A stretch of DNA of 63,991 bases, filler included, from an uncultured bacterium (GTDB taxonomy: Bacteria > Hinthialibacterota > Hinthialibacteria > Hinthialibacterales > Hinthialibacteraceae): NCBI GenBank assembly GCA_964449065.1. It is 7 parts of 7 records of this genome, joined end to end, with 100 filler letters (N's around TTAATTAATTAA, not from the genome) between each part and the next. Parts side by side here need not be neighbours in the genome. Positions count along the whole stretch, not along the records: positions 18,878 to 28,145 come from CAYVAZ010000202.1; positions 28,246 to 37,509 come from CAYVAZ010000203.1; 5 more parts are not named here. One strand, 5' to 3'. Both the position numbers and the translations under genes were made by a program. How positions within the stretch are numbered: position 1 is the stretch's first letter; each line of letters opens with the position of its first letter. Positions 19,826-30,274 of this stretch are shown in pieces. Under the pieces are notes generated by a model. It was not told the DNA's origin, made no database searches, and saw nothing but the letters and a program-made list of their open reading frames with translations.

Positions 19826-20361
19826 TGATCTTCCGAACCGTTTTTATCATTTTTATAGTGTTTTCTTTTGGTTTTGTTGGCTGTGGAGAACAAAACAGAC
19901 CCTCAAGTATCCCGCAAGAATATCGGCTGCGCGTAGGTGATAGTGAACTTACGTTCGAGCAACAGATGTACTACCTCGCTGCCGCTCTCGAAATTTACCG
20001 CCTGCATGTCGGCGATTATCCTTCCCAAGAGAACAACCTGGAAGCATTGATTGCCAAACCGGTTATATTAGAAGGAACGGGGAGTTGGTACGGCCCATAC
20101 GCGGAATCGGAGGCGTTTTTTTATGATCCCTGGTCAAACCGGATTGTTTATTCCATGGAACCGCGACAAGCGTATGATTTGCGTAGTTTGGGAAAAGATG
20201 GAGAACACAGCGGAGATGATGTAATTGCGAGAGAAATGATGCCGGAATTGTTCCGGGAAATCGATAAACTGGCCGCGTTTGGCCCGGTATCAAAAGCCGT
20301 TAACTCGATGACACCTTCAATGCAATCCATTCCTAATTCAAGTGATAACGGGGAAAAGTAA
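19825..20361 (+). CDS. GspG-like (T2SS major pseudopilin) globular domain with a lipoprotein-type N-terminus
   Basis: ALEIYRLHVGDYP...LEALIAKP...WYGPY...DPWSN...YDLRSLGKDG; FGFVGC lipobox-like motif. Confidence 0.7.
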   Translation: MIFRTVFIIFIVFSFGFVGCGEQNRPSSIPQEYRLRVGDSELTFEQQMYYLAAALEIYRLHVGDYPSQENNLEALIAKPVILEGTGSWYGPYAESEAFFYDPWSNRIVYSMEPRQAYDLRSLGKDGEHSGDDVIAREMMPELFREIDKLAAFGPVSKAVNSMTPSMQSIPNSSDNGEK

Positions 20362-21043
20362 AAGTTTTGGTGTTTGTAATGATCGTGTGATTTCCATATG
20401 AGTATTGCACATTTAGCGTTTTTTCCAGATGTTCGATTACATATTTCGCTCTTTGACAAGCATTGGTTTCGTGCAGCAGATGGATCATATCGTCAACCGG
20501 CATTCCAATTCCCGCTGCGACAGAATCTGCCAATCTTCCCAACGACATTTCCATGTGTGATAAGGTTGGGAGGTGTTTTTTCTGACCGGCCAGTTCGATT
20601 GCCATTTCGCCGTAGAGTTCCAGCAATGTTTCGCGCAAGTGCAGGATATGGTCTTGAGTAAACCCTTGGGTTGAGTCTTTGATCAGTGCTACGGATGCTT
20701 TGCGGTAAGGTTTGGGTTGGATTACGTTGGTGATGCGGGCGCGTTTTAATCCCAATAATACAATATTGCTTTTGCCGTCCGGCAGGGGTTCGTGTTGGAT
20801 GATTTGTCCCACACAGGCGATGGGATGAACGGCCGGGTTGCCCGCGTACTTAGATTCCCAACCCGGTTTCAGGGCACACATGGCGATGAGTTTTTCGCCG
20901 CCCATTGCTTCTTTGAGCATAATGCGGTAGCGTTTTTCAAAAATATGCAGGGGGATCATGGTTTTGGGGAATAGTACAATGTTGGGCAGGGGAAACAAAG
21001 GAACCACGCCCGAAAAATGTTTTAATGGGTTTTTATCTATCAT
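20333..21043 (-). CDS. LON peptidase substrate-binding domain protein
   Basis: VPLFPLPNIVLFP...PLHIFEKRYR...LPDGKSNIVLLG. Confidence 0.9.
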   Translation of the reverse strand: MIDKNPLKHFSGVVPLFPLPNIVLFPKTMIPLHIFEKRYRIMLKEAMGGEKLIAMCALKPGWESKYAGNPAVHPIACVGQIIQHEPLPDGKSNIVLLGLKRARITNVIQPKPYRKASVALIKDSTQGFTQDHILHLRETLLELYGEMAIELAGQKKHLPTLSHMEMSLGRLADSVAAGIGMPVDDMIHLLHETNACQRAKYVIEHLEKTLNVQYSYGNHTIITNTKTFTFPRYHLN

Positions 21044-21153
21044 TATGATTGCTTAACCTGATCTCGTGTTTTGTTATGACATTTTACCCTATTTTAGGGA
21101 ACGTCAAATAGAATTTTCGTAAAAATATTGTAAGAAATGATGAATGACTGAAT

Positions 21154-22131
21154 ATGACCAAAAGCGCGATCCCATCCAAAAAACTAAAAGTTGCCGCCGT
21201 GCAATTTCAACATAGCAATGCCGATCCGTCTGCCAATTTACAGACCATAAATGATTTTATCCATCTGGCCCGTCAACAGGATGTCGAACTGATTTCCTTT
21301 CCGGAATGCTGTATTTCCGGCTATTGGGGATTGCGGCATTACAGCAAAGAGCAATTAACCGAATTGGCTGAACTTTATCCTTCCGGACCGTCCATCCAAA
21401 CACTGATCCAATGGGCGAGTGAATATCTAATGACGATTGGAGCGGGATTTATTGAGGTGGATGAAAATGGGAATCTGTATAATTCGTACATGGTTGCATT
21501 GCCGAATGGAAAAACTCACTGCCACCGCAAACTGCACACGTTTGTGAATCCGCATTTATCCAGCGGCGGTGACTATACGGTGTTTGACTTACCGCACGGC
21601 TGGAAAGTAGGGGTATTGACCTGCTATGACAATAACATCTTTGAAAATGTGCGCCAAACCGCTTTGTTGGGGGCGGATGTTTTGCTTTCACCGCATCAAA
21701 CCGGCGGAACGCAATCGCGCAGCAAATTTGGGTTGAAACCGATTGACGTGGAACTCTGGCAAAACCGGGAACAGGACCCGGAAGCGATTGAAGCCGAATT
21801 TCGCGGACCGAAGGGGCGGGAATGGCTGATGCGCTGGCTGCCTTCTCGCGCGCATGATAACGGACTGTTTTTGGTCTTCAGCAACGGAGTGGGACAGGAT
21901 GATGACGAAGTGCGCACGGGCAACGCGATGATTATTGATCCTTATGGGCGTATCATCACCGAAACCTGGAAAGCACAAAATGAAATGCTCATTGCCGATT
22001 TAGACCCTCAATTGTTGGACAACTGCACTGGCAGGCGGTGGATGCGCGCGCGGCGACCGGAATTGTATACTTTGCTGACTAAACCAACCGGAAACGAAAC
22101 GGATATTTTTACCGCGCGCTTTGGAGAGTAA
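21154..22131 (+). CDS. Carbon-nitrogen hydrolase (nitrilase family)
   Basis: E-K-C triad: FPEC, HRKLH, LTCYD; RRPELY. Confidence 0.92.
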   Translation: MTKSAIPSKKLKVAAVQFQHSNADPSANLQTINDFIHLARQQDVELISFPECCISGYWGLRHYSKEQLTELAELYPSGPSIQTLIQWASEYLMTIGAGFIEVDENGNLYNSYMVALPNGKTHCHRKLHTFVNPHLSSGGDYTVFDLPHGWKVGVLTCYDNNIFENVRQTALLGADVLLSPHQTGGTQSRSKFGLKPIDVELWQNREQDPEAIEAEFRGPKGREWLMRWLPSRAHDNGLFLVFSNGVGQDDDEVRTGNAMIIDPYGRIITETWKAQNEMLIADLDPQLLDNCTGRRWMRARRPELYTLLTKPTGNETDIFTARFGE

Positions 22132-22136
22132 TCCGG

Positions 22137-22724
22137 CTATTCTTCTAATACAGATTCTAGAGCGGATAAATCGAAAACCACCGGCAATGGCAGTTCAAGG
22201 TGTTCAATCGAATGGAGTGGAATTGCATCTTCTCCCGCATAAACCTTGCCTTTCGAAAATGAATTTGCATCAGTCAAAACGTATTGTTCTACATATTTCC
22301 CATCTTGATCGATAAGCAGATATTCTTTCACGCCATTTCTTTCATAAAGTATTTTTTTGTCCCAACGGTCACGTTTGCTGGAATAAGAACTCATGATTTC
22401 GATCACCAAATCAGGTGCCCCCATGATCGCCCGTTTTTCCACTTTGCTTTTGTCACAGACAACGAATACATCAGGTTGAACCACGTCGTCTTCAGAAAAA
22501 ACAATATCCGTAGGAGCGGAAAAGGGTATGCATTTTTTTCCTTTCAGTTTATTCACTAAAAATGTTGTAACATTTAAGGATATTTGTTGATGAACTGTTG
22601 TCGGAGCTGGCGACATATTGTAGGGAATACCATCGATCAGTTCCCAGCGTTCATCATCATCCCACTGTAAGTAATCTTGATAGGTGTATCGTTGGTTTGG
22701 CTGAATGAGCGGCATGGTTTCCAT
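22137..22724 (-). CDS. Uma2-family endonuclease
   Basis: WELIDG-MSPAP-HQ, VQPDVFVVCD, GAPDLVIEI, K--LYE--GVKEY. Confidence 0.9.
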   Translation of the reverse strand: METMPLIQPNQRYTYQDYLQWDDDERWELIDGIPYNMSPAPTTVHQQISLNVTTFLVNKLKGKKCIPFSAPTDIVFSEDDVVQPDVFVVCDKSKVEKRAIMGAPDLVIEIMSSYSSKRDRWDKKILYERNGVKEYLLIDQDGKYVEQYVLTDANSFSKGKVYAGEDAIPLHSIEHLELPLPVVFDLSALESVLEE

Positions 22725-22776
22725 CCTAAAGTTTTTTATCCTAGTATAAACGGTTTTTGCAAGAGATAAATCCAAC

Positions 22777-23397
22777 TTAAGAAATAAGGTTGACGATGGC
22801 TTGGCATAATTGCGGCGTTCCGCTTTTTTTGATGGTTGAGGTATCGATGACCGGCTCCTCCGGGGGGATTTCTAGTGTAGAAGCAATGAGTTTTTTGGAT
22901 TTGGTCAGTTGATTCTTCGAGAGTTTATCCGTTTTGGTTAACACCGTTATGCAGGTGACGCCCTTATAGTTAATCCATTCCCGCATGTCTTCATCCAACG
23001 CGCTGGGTTTGTGGCGGCAATCCAGCAAATGCAATATCCCGTTTTGTGTTTCCCGTTGTTCTAAAAAGTCGCCGATAAGCTTTCCCCATTTTTGCTGCTG
23101 CTTGAGACCTGCTTTCGCGTACCCATATCCAGGCAGATCGACCAAATAAAAATAAAGGGAATTCGGCTCCATTCGTATTTTGAAGTAATTGATTAATTGA
23201 GTTTTTCCGGGCGTGTTAGAAGTTTTCGCTAAATTCTTGCGGTTGCAAATCATGTTAATGAGACTTGATTTGCCGACGTTTGATCGTCCCGCAATGGTGA
23301 TTTCCGGAAGATCAGGAGACGGGCAGTCTTTGACTTGAGCGGCACTGATCAGGTACTCCGCTTCGACTATTCGGAAGCCTTCATGTGTTTGGCTCAT
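22777..23397 (-). CDS. engB: Ribosome biogenesis GTPase YihA/YsxC
   Basis: GRSNVGKSS, TSNTPGKTQ, DLPGYG, TKTDK. Confidence 0.95.
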   Translation of the reverse strand: MSQTHEGFRIVEAEYLISAAQVKDCPSPDLPEITIAGRSNVGKSSLINMICNRKNLAKTSNTPGKTQLINYFKIRMEPNSLYFYLVDLPGYGYAKAGLKQQQKWGKLIGDFLEQRETQNGILHLLDCRHKPSALDEDMREWINYKGVTCITVLTKTDKLSKNQLTKSKKLIASTLEIPPEEPVIDTSTIKKSGTPQLCQAIVNLIS

Positions 23398-23509
23398 ATG
23401 TTATCCAAGTAAAATTTATACGGTATTAATATAAATCTAATTGTATTTAATCGATTCTTAATTATTTTGTTGGACAATTACTGAGATTGTATTACTCATT
23501 TCTTATGGG

Positions 23510-24112
23510 ATGGTACTCATGAATGCTATCGTTATTCATAGGGTTAAGGTTTTATTTTTATTTTCTGTGATCGGATATATCTGTTTTTCAACCTACCAAT
23601 CGATCAAATTCGTGAGTAAAGATGTTCAACTGGATGAGGTTCCAGCCCGGGTGAAGTCGTTGATTTATAAACAAGCTCATCCCGGAGTGATTTTATCATT
23701 ATGTTTGAATAACGAAGACGGGTATTTGAATTATAAGGCGAAAATTTTTAAGAATAAAACTATTGAAGAACTGATTGTCTCTCCTTTGGGTCAATTAATT
23801 GATGTTCAAACCCATCCCAATCACGAACTGTTATATAATTTGGATGACCTAATAGCAAAAAAGGAAATTCTGGAACATCAGGAAATCTCTTACTTCGTTG
23901 CGGAAAGGCTGTTGACCGAAGAGGTGTCACTCGCATTGCACAATCAGTTTCCTTTAGCGGAAATTCAGGGGTTTGAAATAATCCAACCGGTGCAGTACAA
24001 AGTGGTGTTAGAGCAAAACGGGGAAACAGCTGAATGTGTATTTTCACCGGAAGGTGAACTGATTTCGGTAGAATCTTCATTGACATCATCTGTTGCAATA
24101 TCTCAACCATAG
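23510..24112 (+). CDS. Membrane-anchored PepSY-like hypothetical protein
   Basis: N-terminal TM helix; two 'P-G-LI' ending modules (VQLDEVPARVK..., FSPEGELI). Confidence 0.55.
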   Translation: MVLMNAIVIHRVKVLFLFSVIGYICFSTYQSIKFVSKDVQLDEVPARVKSLIYKQAHPGVILSLCLNNEDGYLNYKAKIFKNKTIEELIVSPLGQLIDVQTHPNHELLYNLDDLIAKKEILEHQEISYFVAERLLTEEVSLALHNQFPLAEIQGFEIIQPVQYKVVLEQNGETAECVFSPEGELISVESSLTSSVAISQP

Positions 24113-24126
24113 TTGCGTGTATTTTT

Positions 24127-25647
24127 ATGGAAACATCCCGCTCGATTATCTGGTTTTGGGTTTTATTCGGATTCGGTATTCTGTTTCGATTGATCTATGT
24201 GGCATCGGATATTACCGATTTGGCGTCGGATGAAGCGTATTATTGGCAATGGTCTAGACTGTTGGATTGGAGTTATTTCAGCAAAGGGCCGTTAATTGCC
24301 TATTTGATTCACAGCGGAACGTTTGTACTTGGTGATACGGAACTTGGGGTTCGAATCCATACGATCCTGCTCTCTGCGTTCACGCTGTATTTGTCTTATG
24401 TGTTGTACAAACGGTTGTTTCCCAATAACTTAACCGGAGTTTTTTTGTTGGCGGTATTTTACAATTGCATCCCGCTCATGATGGTGGGCAGCATGATTTC
24501 CACCATTGATCCGCCACTCATTGCCTGTTGGATTACCGGGACATGGGCTCTCCATAAAGCGGTGCATGAAGGCGGCATGTTTGCTTGGGTGGCGTTGGTT
24601 TTTGCAATTGGATTGGGCATCTTGGCGAAGTATACCATGTTGTTGTTTTTCTTTGTGGTGATTTTGTATTTGATTCTTTCGCCGGTTGGCAGAAAATGGT
24701 TCATGCACCCGGCACCGTATTTGGTGATTGTGGGAGGGCTGTTATTCTTGCTCCCTCCGCTCATTTGGAACTGGCAGAACAACTGGGTGACATTTCATCA
24801 TACATCCGATATCAGTCAATTGGATTCGCCGTTTTCGTGGCAGAAGAATTTGTTGTATTTCCCGGAAATGATTGCGGTTCAAGCGGGATTGATATCCCCC
24901 ATTATTTTTGTGTTGCTAGCCATAGCGATGTTTGTTCATATCCGAAAATCATTCGGAGCCAATTGGAGTGACGCTTCTTTGCTATTGATGTGTTCCTTTC
25001 TCCCGGTTTTTGTGTTGTACATAGGCGTATCCTTGAAACGTTCGATCAATGGCAATTGGCTGGCGGCGATGTACCCGGCGATGATTGTATGCGCCGCGCA
25101 GTACTGGGGAAAAGAACTGGATGATGGCAAAGGGAAAGCGTGGGTCACGGCCGGTGCTGGTTTGGGTGTTGTGATGTGTTTGTTCATGTTGTTTTCGGAC
25201 GTTGTCTATCTGGCTGGAATTTCACAATCGTATGAGTATGATCCGGCGGCACGCATAAAAGGGTGGGAAGAAACGGCAGCCATCGCGCAAGTATCCGCAC
25301 AAAAACTGCCGGATGATGCACCGTTTTTTTATTTCAGCATCCGCTATCAAATCCCCAGCCAGTTGGCGTTTTATGTGGAAAGGCAGCCCATGACCTATTC
25401 GGTCCCGCATCCCTATCCCGACACGCAATATGATATCTGGGGTGGGAGTGAAACACGGATTGGTCAAAACGCGGTTTTTGTGCGCAGAGAAAAGCCGGGT
25501 CAGGAAACAGGCGTGCCAAACAATGTGAAAGATTCATTCGAACGGATAGAAAAAGACACTTCACAAGTAATTGAACGGTTGGGGGAGCCTCTTGTAGAAG
25601 TGCATACTTGGCATTGTTTTGGGTTTAAGGGATGGATGCTTCAATAA
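24127..25647 (+). CDS. ArnT/PMT-like GT-C glycosyltransferase (GT83/GT39-like)
   Basis: DEAYYWQWS-LDWSYFSKGP, TIDPP, LAKYT; many TM helices. Confidence 0.88.
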   Translation: METSRSIIWFWVLFGFGILFRLIYVASDITDLASDEAYYWQWSRLLDWSYFSKGPLIAYLIHSGTFVLGDTELGVRIHTILLSAFTLYLSYVLYKRLFPNNLTGVFLLAVFYNCIPLMMVGSMISTIDPPLIACWITGTWALHKAVHEGGMFAWVALVFAIGLGILAKYTMLLFFFVVILYLILSPVGRKWFMHPAPYLVIVGGLLFLLPPLIWNWQNNWVTFHHTSDISQLDSPFSWQKNLLYFPEMIAVQAGLISPIIFVLLAIAMFVHIRKSFGANWSDASLLLMCSFLPVFVLYIGVSLKRSINGNWLAAMYPAMIVCAAQYWGKELDDGKGKAWVTAGAGLGVVMCLFMLFSDVVYLAGISQSYEYDPAARIKGWEETAAIAQVSAQKLPDDAPFFYFSIRYQIPSQLAFYVERQPMTYSVPHPYPDTQYDIWGGSETRIGQNAVFVRREKPGQETGVPNNVKDSFERIEKDTSQVIERLGEPLVEVHTWHCFGFKGWMLQ

Positions 25648-27233
25648 AACAATCACCGGGTACGATGTGTCCCGTTCTTACCCGGCATCTGACACCCACG
25701 CAGATGCTTTGGGGAATTCATGCAATAATGTTGATATTGTTGATTGCATTGGATGGCTATTTGTTTACCGGATTCCATCAATTGTGGGACTATATAACGG
25801 ATCACCCGTTCTTTCTCTTCGATGAAATGACCAAACACCGCCATTGGGAATTTATAAAAAGTTACGGCTCGGTGTGGACGGCGGTGGTCGCATGGATTGT
25901 GATATCGAAGTTTGATCCGCATAAGCGTCGTTTGTTTTGGCGGTTTTTATTCGCTATATTGATTTCCACGCTCGCGTATACTGTACTCAAACACATCATT
26001 GGAAAAATTCGCCCCGAAGCCAACGATTGGCAGCCCTTTTATTATCCATTGTTTTTAGGCTGGAATTTGGATGGAGGCATGGCGTTTCCATCCGGCCACG
26101 CGACCTTTGCGTTTGCCTTCGCGACCTGCATGGCTTTGTTTTATCCACAGCTGCGGCATTTGTTTTATACCTTGGCGGCGTTGTGCGCACTGTCCCGCGT
26201 GATATCGCAAGCGCACTTCTTTTCCGACATCTACGCCGGGGCGCTTTTGGGGTGCGGAGTGATGAGCGGAATGATGAAGCCTTCTTTGATTCAACCTAGT
26301 AAGGGACTGGAAAAAAAGGCGCATTGTGATTCGATCAGCCAGGCGGATAACCTATCTATGGCGCCGCTTTTTTTTGTGAAGCCATTCAACCCAAATGCCA
26401 CGCAGAACCCCATCGATATATCTATCGTCATTCCAGTGATGAATGAAGAGGAAAACATCACGCTGTTGGCGGATGAAATTGACCGGGCGCTTGCATCATT
26501 TTCTTGGACATTTGAAGTCATTTGGGTGAACGATGGTTCAAACGACCGGACGCCTCAATTGCTGGATGCCCTGCACAATAATCATCCCGTTCATGTTCCA
26601 TTGCACTTGCCGCACAATATGGGGCAATCGGCGGCGATGTGGGCCGGGTTCCGCTACAGCCGTGGTGCGATTGTGGTAACATTGGATGGAGACCGGCAAA
26701 ACGACCCGCAAGATATCCCCAAACTGGTTCAGCATGTTTTAAGCGGCGAAACCGATGTGGCTAACGGCTACCGCGTGCAGCGCCAGGATGTCTTTCAGCG
26801 CCGGATCGCGTCGCGGATCGCCAACCGGTTCCGAAATTCGGTGACAGGCAAGACGGTGCGAGATGTGGGATGTTCCATTCGCGCCATGCGGCGTGAGTGT
26901 TTGGAGCATTTACCTTTATTTCATGGAATGCACCGCTTTTTGCCGACGATCTTTAAAATGCAGGGATTCCGCATCGATGAACAGCCTGTCAACCACCGCC
27001 TCCGCGAGCACGGTAAAACCAAGTATACGATCAATAAGCGCCTGTGGGTTGGATTGTATGATGTCTTTGGGATAATTTGGCTGCGCCACCGCGGTTTGTA
27101 CCATAACCTGCCTCATTTGAGTGCGTCTAATCCCCATCACAGCAATGAAGCCAACACAATGCAGGAATCATCAGTTCATAAAGATGAGAGTGAATTGGTA
27201 AGTGTATCAAAAGAAGATTCGGATATCCGCTAA
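25632..27233 (+). CDS. PAP2 phosphatase fused to a GT2 polyprenyl-phosphate glycosyltransferase (ArnC/DPM1-like)
   Basis: K---GKIRP, FPSGHA, SRV---AHFFSD; then VIPVMNEEEN, VNDGSND, LDGDRQNDP, HRFLP. Confidence 0.85.
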   Translation: MDASIKQSPGTMCPVLTRHLTPTQMLWGIHAIMLILLIALDGYLFTGFHQLWDYITDHPFFLFDEMTKHRHWEFIKSYGSVWTAVVAWIVISKFDPHKRRLFWRFLFAILISTLAYTVLKHIIGKIRPEANDWQPFYYPLFLGWNLDGGMAFPSGHATFAFAFATCMALFYPQLRHLFYTLAALCALSRVISQAHFFSDIYAGALLGCGVMSGMMKPSLIQPSKGLEKKAHCDSISQADNLSMAPLFFVKPFNPNATQNPIDISIVIPVMNEEENITLLADEIDRALASFSWTFEVIWVNDGSNDRTPQLLDALHNNHPVHVPLHLPHNMGQSAAMWAGFRYSRGAIVVTLDGDRQNDPQDIPKLVQHVLSGETDVANGYRVQRQDVFQRRIASRIANRFRNSVTGKTVRDVGCSIRAMRRECLEHLPLFHGMHRFLPTIFKMQGFRIDEQPVNHRLREHGKTKYTINKRLWVGLYDVFGIIWLRHRGLYHNLPHLSASNPHHSNEANTMQESSVHKDESELVSVSKEDSDIR

Positions 27234-27323
27234 CCCATGCAAGCAGTTTGTCTACTATGAAATGATGGTAGAAAAATGCATTTCCTCATTAAGGAGTCTG
27301 TCGTTGTTTCCCCCCTTGATTTA

Positions 27324-27749
27324 GGGCTACTCTCCGTACATATCTAGTGGCAAAATGAACGTGCGAGGCGCCATCCTTCTATTTGCTGGTAAGATCGCTC
27401 CAAGCCTCGTTTGAGAGTAATGACCCCAGGCGGTTTGGTTTTAGAATAGTAGGTTTTCCATCCCCCCAGCCGGGCGATAATCCAGGTAGACCACGCTAAA
27501 TTCGAGCGGGAATACGGATTCTTCTGCTTGGCGGTATTGCCCTCCAGCCGGGGCAGCCACTCCTCTTGAAACGTCAACTCGTCCTCCGTAAACACGCGTT
27601 CCGGTGCCACCTCAAATCGACGGTCTACGAACAGCCCTTCGTAAAATTTTGCATTGTCTTGCCCTCAACCTCATATAAATATATCCTTATTTTCTATTCT
27701 CCTCTTCTCTGGGGCTACCCCACCTCACGTTGTGTACGGAGAGTAGCCC
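27324..27749 (-). mobile_element. Internally deleted IS4-family element with transposase C-terminal fragment (27344-27610)
   Basis: WIIARLGGWK...PPGVITLKRGL Tn5-like C-terminus; perfect 17-bp IR GGGCTACTCTCCGTACA at 27324-27340 / 27733-27749. Confidence 0.75.
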
Positions 27750-28145
27750 TTTGGGAAAAGATAAGAGATGAGGGCGAAGAGAGCGATTGCTCCCCATGAC
27801 GCAGTAGCGTCATTAGAGGTTTATTCCTCCCGAACCCTCACCCCGTCCCTCTCCCGGTGGGCTAAGATTTACCCACAACTATTGTCAGGGTGTTGCCCTG
27901 TGTTATGTCAGAGTGCCCATTTGGGGATTTTTTGTTTTTTTTTAGCGGCGTTGCCAAAAATGCGTTCGGATTAGGATAGAGCGTACTTCCGGCTCGGCGG
28001 GTGCCTCGCCCTCCCAAAAAGCCGCCCTCCCAAAATATATTGTTTGGACAACTTTTTTTTCGGGATTATTTACATTGAGTTATATGGGTTGACGCACCGG
28101 CTGGAAGCCGATGCTACCCGGCTATTCAACTCTGAAACGCTCTAG

Positions 28146-28245
28146 NNNNNNNNNNNNNNNNNNNNNNNNNNNNNNNNNNNNNNNNNNNNTTAATTAATTA
28201 ANNNNNNNNNNNNNNNNNNNNNNNNNNNNNNNNNNNNNNNNNNNN
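28146..28245. other. Artificial contig linker
   Basis: N44-TTAATTAATTAA-N44. Confidence 0.97.
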
Positions 28246-29573
28246 GATATTATTCCGGATTTACCCGGCATCGACAAAGACTTAATCCTCATGCGAAATA
28301 CACTAATTAATATGGGGGTAAAAGAATCCATGATTCGAATCATGGAAGACGATCAAAGCACCGAGATGAGTATTTCCAACGAAATACTTCATTGGTTAAG
28401 CAACGATCTCTCCAAAGACGACCGGGTATTTATTTATTTTAGCGGGCATGGGTCACAAGTGATGGATGAATCCAACGACGAAAAAGACGACAATAAGGAT
28501 GAACTTTTCGTCCTCTATGACACCGAATTATCTAAAGATACATTGACAAACACATTGCTTGACGATTCTATGGAAACACTTTTAACTTCTATCCCATCTG
28601 ATCATGTCTTTGTTATAATTGATGCATGTCATAGCGGATCATCCCATCGCCGTTTTTCCCAAGATGTTTCGAAGTTTGTCGATTTTGAAGTGCCGAATTT
28701 AAAAGCATCCAAAGGATTTGGCGGCGGGTCCCGCGGACGGTTTCGTCCCGCGCAATCCCCCCCCTCTTCCTCTTCGTCTAGTCGAATCAATTATGTTTTA
28801 CTCAGTGCCTGTCAAGACGATGAAGAAGCACAGGCAAGCCCAAACGGCAGTTACTTTACCCTTGGCATCGCCGAAGCAGTTGAAAAAGCAAAACAAGACA
28901 ATCAATCCATCTCAATGGATGATTTGCTGAACTACACGACTGACTACATTCAGGAAAATGTATCCGACCCAAACAGCCGTTATAAACCCAACCTGAGTGG
29001 GAGTAAGAATCTCCGTTCTACAAATTTATTTGAAACCGGCAGCGGTCAAACGGAACCGAATGTAGGGAATGTCAGTGCGTTTTGGAAGCAACTGGAACAA
29101 TCCGTGGAAGAAGCCAACTATGCCGTTCCCCTTACCACGAATAAACGTCAATATTATCCGGGTGAACTACTGGAAATCTATGTCGATGTGCCGAAAGACG
29201 GTTATGTATATGTGTTCAATATCAGCGAAGAAGATACCGAAAAGGATATGCTGGTTTTGTATCCGAACGCGTATGATAGAGACAACAAAGTTCGGCAAGG
29301 AACAACGGTCACCATCCCTCCCAGCGACGCGTTCACGTTACCGGCATCGCCTCCCTATTCGTCGAGTTTACTTGTGGTCTTTATCCTCCCAAAAGCGCTT
29401 CCCTTGTCGATGGACGAGGACGAGATGATCGCGGGGATTTTCCCTCAATTTCAGGGGGGAGGGTTTACCCATGAATTGGAATCCCAGAAGTCCTCAAGGG
29501 GCAAGTTCGCGGTTGAACCGGGAAGACCGCTGGAAGAAAAAGTAATCGGAGCAGGCAAAACAACAGTCGAAGT
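28246..29573 (+). CDS. Caspase family (peptidase C14) + DUF4384 protein; 5' and 3' partial
   Basis: FSGHGSQ / IIDACHSG dyad; frame open from the contig edge (DIIPDLPGIDKD); C-terminal YYPGELLEI..DGYVYVFNI..VLYPN DUF4384 pattern. Confidence 0.88.
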
Positions 29574-29673
29574 NNNNNNNNNNNNNNNNNNNNNNNNNNN
29601 NNNNNNNNNNNNNNNNNNNNNNNNNNNNNNNNNNNNNNNNNNNNNNNNNNNNNNNNNNNNNNNNNNNNNNNNN
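29574..29673. other. Scaffold gap (100 N, no linker core)
   Basis: Pure N run inside a contig. Confidence 0.9.
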
Positions 29674-29674
29674 T

Positions 29675-30223
29675 GATGAGATCGCCAAACTCTTTTATTA
29701 TGCTGATAAAACCGAGCAGTTAGCATCTGGGGCGGTTGAACATGGCCAAAAACATTACAATTTGTTGATCGAACAGTTAAATGTATCGATCGCGAAAATG
29801 ACGTTAGAAAATCGAGAACAACTGCTCAACGAATTGGATGAATTATCCAGCAGAGAATTCAGCGAAGAAGAAAAGAATTTAATTGAAGAAGCCCTGAAAC
29901 AGCTGGCGGTGAGCCGGGAATTGGCGGGAAAAACACTCTTTGCGGCCGGTCAAATGATATTTACATCTACCAAATTGCCGAAAGAAGTGGAAAGCAATCC
30001 TTTGAAATATGGTTTGAATGCCCCCAAATATTTAAAAGATACGCCCGGGATGCTGAAAGATTTAAAAGGCATTCAAGAAAACGTCGGTGATTACATCAAA
30101 GTGAACAATGCGGTTTCGAAAAAATTGGCGGAAATGGCAAATATTGAAGTTCCGGAGGCGGAAAGCGAAGCCGTCGAAGAAGCCGGGGAAGGCATTTTGG
30201 GATCCGAAATTGAAATCTCGTAA
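29675..30223 (+). CDS. Helical hypothetical protein, 5' partial
   Basis: Frame open from the gap edge (DEIAKLFYY...); acidic C-terminal tail. Confidence 0.7.
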   Translation, partial: DEIAKLFYYADKTEQLASGAVEHGQKHYNLLIEQLNVSIAKMTLENREQLLNELDELSSREFSEEEKNLIEEALKQLAVSRELAGKTLFAAGQMIFTSTKLPKEVESNPLKYGLNAPKYLKDTPGMLKDLKGIQENVGDYIKVNNAVSKKLAEMANIEVPEAESEAVEEAGEGILGSEIEIS

Positions 30224-30274
30224 TGAACATGAGCAATCGACTCCGGTTTAAATCAATCGTTTTAATCATTAAAG

